Shown here piece by piece: positions 55,814 to 64,000 of a DNA stretch of 64,000 bases; position 1 is the stretch's first letter, and each line of letters begins with the position of its first letter. The position numbers and the translations under genes are program-made. Origin of the DNA: Eledone cirrhosa (Eukaryota); NCBI GenBank assembly GCA_964016885.1, contig OZ024740.1, positions 25,234,001 through 25,298,000 of the forward strand. Reading direction: 5' to 3'. The notes under the pieces are model-generated. The model had not been told where the DNA came from. It worked only from the letters and a program-made list of their open reading frames with translations, and did not search any database.

Positions 55814-57060
55814 AATAAAACACGGACGAGTGGTTACTCCTTCATTACATTTATTGGTTCGATGACGCACGTTTCGCCCCTGATCAGCTCAAGCTTCGAT
55901 CTGTATCGATCTAGCCCGATTCTGTAATCCACAGCTACTCAGACCCGTTATAATGGTAATGAAAAAATGTATATATATATATATATTATATATATATTCA
56001 TGTATGTATATATATATCTAACTATATATCATACAGGTTGGCGTTTAAAGATCTCCCTGATTTTGATGGGATATATAAAAACAAGCACACAAGGACACAA
56101 CTATCTAGAAAAAAAACTGATTATATTTCTAAAAAGTACAGAAAAATTAGTTTTGTTTTCATTTTTTTTTTTTATTTGCATCAGGCAGATGGTGACAGTC
56201 TTTCAAAATATATTGATGGAGTCGTTCCCAGAAGTTCTCCATTTCTACACAATATATCCAGTAGGTGGCATGTCACCTGATACAAGATAAGGGCATTGAT
56301 AAGCCAGAGTCGTTGGAACATCAAATAAAATGTATTTTATTTGCCCGGCTCTCTTCATTCAAAGTTCAAATTTTGCCGAAGTCAACTTTGGCTTACAGAA
56401 AAAGTTGAATACAAAGTCTATAATTCTTCTGTGTCACTTCCTCTATATTTATTTCTCCTCACTCCCTCCCCTCTCTCTATTTATTTCTCTCTTTCGCTTT
56501 CTCCTTCTTTGAAAGACATCACTTCGATACACACTGGAGAGGCATGGACTCTGGCAGGTTTTATGAGGTATGTCACGGCTGGGCTTCTATCCATCTGAAT
56601 GGGGGCTTACTGCAAAGCATAGCAATTTGATTTCGAAATCACAGTTCAATGCCGAATGTCTAATACATATATCTTCTCTTCTTTTTAGTGTGTTCCTTTT
56701 TACTTATTCTCTCTTTGCTAGTATAGCTAACCGTAAATTTAAATGTCTTAGAATATAACTGTAACTTATCTTACTCCATTTCGTTCTTTAGTATCTAACC
56801 CCCATAAATCTAGACGTTATAGTGCCATCTGTTGATTCACTTATGTGTTACATGAAACTAATTCTAGAAATGTTGTTTTACATAGAACAAAAATCAATTA
56901 ACAAGTCACTATTTATGTCAAACACAAACCAGATATTACCTGAAATAGCTAGAATCCATGACGGGCATTGGTTCGCTGTGGTATAAGACCTCAGAGCACA
57001 GAGAGACATATCATATATCATGGCACATTATATCTGATGCACAAAAAAAAAATATATATA

Positions 57061-57143
<83 letters not shown>

Positions 57144-57343
57144 TTATATGTATATATATATATATATTTATTTATATGTATATATACATAGGTATATATA
57201 TATAGGTGTATATATATATATATATATAAATATATATATACATATACATATTCACACACACATATATATACATATATATATGTATGTATATATATATATA
57301 AATATATGTATACATATTTATACCTATATATACATATGTATAT

Positions 57344-57384
<41 letters not shown>

Positions 57385-58102
57385 CATATGCATATACATA
57401 TATAAATTCATATATATATATATATATATATGCATATATATATACATACAAATATATATATATATATATCTGTGTGTGTGTATTCATATATTTATATAAA
57501 TGTGTGTGTGTATGCATATAGTTGAATACATATACGTTTATTACAACACACTTAAGGACATACAAAATATGCCCATGTAAGTTTTATAAGTGTCTTCATG
57601 TGAGTGTAATTCACCAGTTGAATGTATTTATGTGGGTGTTTTAACACTATATACGTAGGTAAAGTGGTGTACGTAATTTAATATCCTCAATAAATCCATT
57701 TATGAAATCATCCGGGACATTGAGGCTTTTCTAACTTCAGAGTGTCACACTAAAGTCTGACAGCTTTATGATTGGAAGTTAAGTCGATGTTATCATTTTC
57801 GCTAAACACTTCCGCCATTTTGATTTATGAAGAAATGATCAGCGAGAATGTAATCTTCCATCAGAGATGAGTACATTCACTCGTATTTATCTATAGTGAC
57901 TCACTCTTTCTCAATGACGAGACACTTCTCTCTTATACTTTCTACGTTAACGTATCGATCTTTTGCAGATCTAACAATTTATCAAGGGTTTGATAACATC
58001 TTTCTCCCTCATTCACTTTCTCTCTCTTCCTCTCTCATTCATTCTCTCTCTCTCCCTCTCTCACTTACTCTCTCTCTCTCTATCTCTCTGTCTCTCTCCC
58101 TC

Positions 58103-58181
<79 letters not shown>

Positions 58182-58264
58182 TTATTTATATATATAATAT
58201 AGTTTGTTTCTTGTATATGTATATATATAACTATAATATATATATACGTATACATATATACAGA

Positions 58265-58330
<66 letters not shown>

Positions 58331-58495
58331 TATATATACATATTCAGTTATATATATACATGTATGTATATATATATATATATATACATACATGTATATA
58401 TATATAACTATATATATATATATATATATACATATATATACACATAAACATCTGTATACATGTATACATATATATATATATAAATAAATAAATAA

Positions 58496-58579
<84 letters not shown>

Positions 58580-58857
58580 GTATCACTCTCTCTGACTTGC
58601 ATTATATCCCTCTCCAGACTCTCTTAGTTTCTTTCAATCATCTTATATTCGTATCTTACACTTTTCCCTTTTTTATGACTTTTCGTTCTTTGTTTTTTCT
58701 TTCCATCTACTACACTTCTCTTTTTAATTCCTCTCCAGTCAAATATATAGATGGATATGATATGTATGTATGTATCTATGTATGTATATATGTATGTATA
58801 TATGTATGTATATATGTGTATATGTATGTATGTATATATGTATGTATGTTGGTATGT

Positions 58858-59463
58858 CAGGTCACCAGTTGGTGCTACTGGTAACATGTATCCCAGTACA
58901 ACCTGTCTCATGGTCGGGTCGTTGGCGACTAAACTGGCAACCCCACCAAGGTTTCTTGGTGAGGAGGGTGACTTTGGACATCCTGCAGGACTAAAAACAA
59001 AACCTGTCAAAGGGCAAAGGAGCTCTTAAGAGTCAATGGCCATCCAAAATCACCGGGAGAGATGACCCCTTAGCCTTTGTCAAGGCAGAATTCTAGGAGA
59101 AGGAAAACTCTGATATAGCACCTGCAACCCTGATGGTATCCAATGATGTTGACTTGTTCTTCTTTTTGGTAAATATCATCTTGGTTAAGAGAGTGGGACT
59201 GGCTTTGTGCAGTGCCTTTGCTCACTATAAAAGCTTCACGGCACAGGCATTGCTTTATATCTGGAGATCTCTCTGCACTTGTCGTCACATGGTACCATGG
59301 GCCCAGCACTATGTGTCAGTAATTGTCACAGGTGTAGTGTTTGTACCAGAGTTTTCAAGTCGCTGGCTGGACTAAAAAGTCACACTCGTTCAGCGCATCG
59401 GTAGGGGTTCTCCTACATGGATATAAAGTAGTGGCCGTACTCGAAAACGAGTTGGCAGCCACC
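58858..59463 (+). mobile_element. 606-bp non-autonomous element (copy 2) with 12-bp target-site duplication
   Basis: ATGTTGGTATGT at 58846-58857 and 59464-59475. The finger reads CSVCTRVFKSLAGLKSHTRSAH. Confidence 0.8.
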
Positions 59464-59639
59464 ATGTTGGTATGTATGTTGGTATGTATATACGTATATA
59501 TGTATATATGTATATATGTATATATGTGTGTATACATGTATATATATATATATGTATGTATATACGCATATATGTATGTTGGCATCTAAGTATTTAGATA
59601 GATTTAGCAGTAGCAATATAGCTACATAAGTTTCAATAT

Positions 59640-60705
59640 GTAGGGCACAGTTTTACACGTATTCAGCAGAAATTTCGCAAGGAGCTAGGCCTTAGCTCCA
59701 TTTATATATGGTATCGATTACTCGAGGATATTTCATTGCATGGAGAATTTCAGGCCCGTCTCCTTGAGTGACCAACGGGGATTGATTTCTACTTTCGTGG
59801 TCGATCGTTTGTCTGGGTGTATAAAGTTCGTTTCATGGATAAGGAAGCGTTTTTTAAACCGGCCTTCCAACATGCCGACGTATGACCTGATGTCTCCCTG
59901 TTGTTTCTGTCGAGTGGATAGAACTTCGGCCACGCAGACAGCTCTGTGTGCGTTACACTGTTGTTCTAGAGGGCATGATTCTGTATTTCTACAAGAGCAT
60001 CCGGGTGATAGAGCGTTCTCAGGGTTGGTGGTCATGTGGGCTTTCATTTTTGACATGCAGGAATATTCAAGTTTCATCATAGTTAAATATTGACCTGATT
60101 TACGACTAATAAGATAGTTTGTCTTAGAGTGCTAATAATTCTAACCTACCTTATGTGAGAAAGGTGGGCAGAACCAAATATTTTTTATTTCTATTTTTCT
60201 TTCTACATTTTAGTATGATGTTGAGCAGGAGTGTAAGTATTTTTTCAGAGAATCCGTTGTTCACAAACGCGATGTTGTAGTATGGAGCCACATTTTCAAA
60301 GATGTCCTTGTTAGAGGAAAGATTTGAGATCCTAGTGCTGAAATTTTTGACGAGGGTTTTAAAGACCGTTTGCTGGTGGCAGGAGTCCTTGTGTATATAT
60401 GTCAATTTTTCGTTGAGATAACGGAAAGTTATGTATGTGTTTGTGAGAAGGTCTAACCTGCCTTTAAATAATTTACGCTAATCAGATTTGTGGCTACAGT
60501 AATCTTTATGTCTAACTCGTTAAACATAGATATCCGGTTTTTCCTAACGTGTTCTATATTGTGACCGCTTTTATGGCTCGATAGGGTCAGACCATCGTTG
60601 AACAAACCCGTGTGGAAATCCACGAATTTGATTTAGAATGTATCTACTAGGAATAAACCGACTAAATCGCATGCAACAACACTATTGAAAGATCCCATTC
60701 AGACA
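59640..60705 (-). mobile_element. Old PLE fragment (same lineage as families A and B)
   Basis: YIHKDSCH..RISNLSSN..APYYN, CSCRNTESCPLEQQC, YVGM.EG.FKKR. Confidence 0.8.
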
Positions 60706-60905
60706 TTCCATTGAGGTAGTTTTTTTTGTTTTTTTTCTACCTAGACTACTCCGTTATTGAAAAGGAGAGATGACTTGCGGTGGGTTATGATATGCCTGTC
60801 TAAGTCATAGACGGAGGTGTAGGTAGTCGAGAACATTGTCGAGACATGTAGAAGAGAAATACATATACTATTATATTGAGGTAGCTTCGAATATAACTTT
60901 AGTAT

Positions 60906-60944
<39 letters not shown>

Positions 60945-61106
60945 TACATACACATACACACATCCATATGTATATATGTGTATATGGGTGTATGTATGCA
61001 TATAGGTATGCATTTATGTATGTATACATGTATATATTAATGTTTCATTGTATATATGTATGTATGCATTTATGTATGTATATATGTATGTGTATATAAA
61101 TGTGAA

Positions 61107-61272
61107 GGCGTGTGGCTGAGTGGTTAGAGAATTGGATTCGCAATCGTGAGGTTGTGAGTTCGATTCGTGGACCGGGCGATGCATTATGTTCTTTGTTTCA
61201 CGTTTCCCCTTCTACCTGGAGTTGCGACCGATAGATAGTATTAGCAACTGGAAAGACCGATTTGACGAAAGT
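61107..61272 (+). mobile_element. tRNA-derived SINE
   Basis: A box TGGCTGAGTGG, B box GAGTTCGATTC, then a non-tRNA body shared with 44105-44272. Confidence 0.75.
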
Positions 61273-62504
61273 CTCTTGTTTAAGAAAAAAAAAATATATA
61301 TATAAATGTATAAATGTATGTGTGTATGGATGTATCTATGTATGCATGTATATATGGATGGAGGTTAGATGAATGGATGGTACGATGGAGTAGATGTAGT
61401 TTATGTATGAACCTAACCCAAGAAGTTACTCTTCAGATAAGATAAGAATATTTAAGTAGACTAACTGCCATTCATTTACAGATATTCACTTTTGACATTT
61501 ACTAAACGTAAGTCTTCCTCGCTGCCTTCTCTTCGTATTTCTCATCACCATCACCATCATCAGCATCACCATCCTCCTCCTCTTCTTCTTCTTCTTCTTC
61601 TTCTTCTTCTTCTCTCCCTCCTCCTCTTCCCTCTGCATCGCTGCCATGTTTTCTACATATCACTAATGTTGTGTATTTTATTTACCATCCTAAGACACCA
61701 CTATACTCTCATTTCTCTAGGCCGCCAGCGACCTACTCACTGGCAATATTATTTCTCTTTAAACTTCAAGAATTTTCTCCTGAATTCATATTAGCGCCCT
61801 CTATATCATCACAAACATTGATATGCTTGTTGTTATTTTTATGCTTATATTGTTATATATTTATATCATGTCAGGTTACTGCTTGCTACGGGTAACCTGT
61901 AACACAGTACAACCAGCTTCGAGTGTTCAGCGCCGAAACTGGTTCCCCACCAGACCCTGTTCTGTTGAGCAGTGAAAGTGGAACCCTTGCATCAAATACA
62001 AAAATAAACAACTGTTGTAAATGTGTCAATGAACTCCCGAATCAACGACCATCCATCTCAATTATTGGTTAAACAGTAACTGGAATTAACAAGTTATACA
62101 TGCAGGTATTAAATTCAAAAATCCTGATCATCCTAAACCTAAAAAGCCCAACTATGGGCACAAATAAATTGTTAAGGCATCCGCCACGGGGGCCCGCAAC
62201 AATTGATCCCGTTGCCCCCAGGAAATCCGGCCCTAGTGGCAAATCAATTATTTTCTCCTGGAGTTAAGTGAAACAGTACTTTGGACAATGAGTGCACAAT
62301 AAAACAAGCCCCACCTGTCTGGGTATCGAACTCAAGACCCTACAGCCATGAACAGAGACACCTAGTCACTAAGCAACGAGCTTCACTGGCATCATTACAT
62401 CAGTCCTAAAATTCTTTCTCCAAATATACGGGTCACAATTTATGTATATATTTATAAAGATAATACATATATATATATATATATATAGATACATATATTC
62501 ATAT

Positions 62505-62547
<43 letters not shown>

Positions 62548-62621
62548 TAACCCGGTTTCAATCGGGGGTAACCACACTAAGTAAGGTACTCAATATAAAG
62601 CAGAGTATAAATATTTAATCG

Positions 62622-62672
62622 GGCTTCCTGATGATTTCTCCGGAATGAAACAGTTCTAGTGCTGTAGAAGCC
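62622..62672 (+). ncRNA. Type I hammerhead, canonical core
   Basis: ggcuuc CUGAUGA u UUC uccg GAA u GAAA CAG uucuagug CUG UA gaagcc. Confidence 0.85.
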
Positions 62673-62674
62673 AT

Positions 62675-62705
<31 letters not shown>

Positions 62706-62707
<2 letters not shown>

Positions 62708-64000
62708 TTCGTTTCTGAATTTGTTTAGCAAGATTCTTTATCTGAAAACGTGTGTTGAAACCGATATTGTTATACTTTGGGAGGGTCATGTTGCCAATAA
62801 GAAACACAAGCACCAGATGCTTTCACTTCAATTTATTATAAATTAAATTTATAAATTTAGGAATTTATAAATTTCCGGTTGGAACACCCCAACCATCGAT
62901 TACCTGTACTAGACACAGAGATCTGGTTAGATACTATCAATAACAATAAACAGATCCTCCATTCCCATTATGCCAAACCCATGACTTCCAAATATCTAAT
63001 CCACCGAATCTCAGCTGTATCGGACCACACCAAAATCAACATACTGATTGCGGATTTGGTACGGGTGATGAGAAACGTGTCCCGCATGTGCAACCCCGAA
63101 GAACTAGAGAGACACATACAACACTTCATCCACCGTATGCAGTTCTCTGGTTACAATCAAAGAGATAATATCAGAGTATATAGAGGAGCCAGAACCAAAT
63201 GGGAAAAAATGGTAAATAATGATACAAATGGGACGTGTCCCTTGTATAGGAGTGCATTTTGGAATAGAATAGAAAGAACTAGGAATAAGGCTAATAGAAT
63301 AAACTCATGGTATGATAGCAATAAATACCAGAATGTAATGTTCATCAATACAACCCCTAGAGGTGAATTAGCTTACAAATTCAGAAGGGCCCTAGTTAAA
63401 CATAAACTCAATATTAAGATAGTAGAATGACCAGGTACCTCCATAAAACACTTATTAACAATACATACCCTTTTCAAAGACCTCCCTGTATAGATAAGAA
63501 ATGTATAATCTGTAAACTAAGCCCCCATATTAACTGTAAAACTAGAAATGCAGTATATAGCATAAGATGTACTGAAGGACAATGTAAAGATAAGAATATA
63601 GTGTACATAGGTGAGACAGCTGGTAGTATAGGAGAAAGGATAAATGAACACTGGCGAGAGCTTCAAGATAGTAAAGAATCATCTGTACTCTACCAACATG
63701 CTAAAATAGAACATAAGGGTAAATTAAAGAACATAGAAATAAAAATAGAATCTACACTCAGAAAAGACGCAATGTTTAGACAAATCACAGAGCCAATAAA
63801 CATAAATGAACTCCAACCAAAATTAAATAGAAAGCATGAATGGAATAGCAACATCACAACTTACAATTAAGGACAAAATGAAAACACACACACACATAGA
63901 ACAAACAACACACAAACACCCGGATGTAACACATGCGCAAACTAAACACACAACACACACAAAAACAAGATGGCGTAGGACAGAACAAAGTAGAGGCACA
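62706..64000 (+). mobile_element. PLE family C, 5'-truncated with inverted terminal piece; runs off the window
   Basis: LPVLDTEIW, YAKPM, MQFSGY (RT thumb); C..C..C linker; AVYSIRC...YIGET (GIY-YIG). 62706-62882 is the inverted pLTR end. Confidence 0.9.

Noticed and set aside
55858-55947. Hammerhead on the minus strand with long stem II
   Set aside because: GAAAC-GUGC-GUC is good, but the core reads CUGAGUA and stem II is unclear. The similar motif at 47240-47300 is also too degenerate.
61107-61180. Functional tRNA gene
   Set aside because: The acceptor and T stems do not pair cleanly, and the sequence continues into a SINE body shared with 44105.

Overview
This window is eukaryotic, not prokaryotic. 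It is AT-rich, repeat-saturated intergenic or intronic DNA with dozens of (TA)n, (TG)n, (CT)n and (TAA)n microsatellites; the repeat mix suggests a mollusc, probably a cephalopod such as Octopus (inference). I found no confident host gene. Almost all coding signal comes from decayed retroelements. There are two near-full-length Tx1-clade LINEs in opposite orientation, both flanked by (ATT)n, and one R4/Dong-type LINE flanked by (TAA)n. There are at least five Penelope-like element (PLE) bodies (RT + C-terminal GIY-YIG), several with inverted pseudo-LTRs, plus many PLE-end-derived fold-back mini-elements, SINEs, old RTE fragments, a young 606-bp non-autonomous element in two copies, and an 18-bp minisatellite. 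The most striking signal is a dense set of type I hammerhead ribozyme motifs from about 10 sequence families, with family-fixed non-canonical cores (U4A, U4C, C3U/G8A). Several PLE ends also share a covarying RCTC...GAGY motif whose 3' half marks the 5' start of both full-length PLE bodies. All folds and alignments were done by eye.
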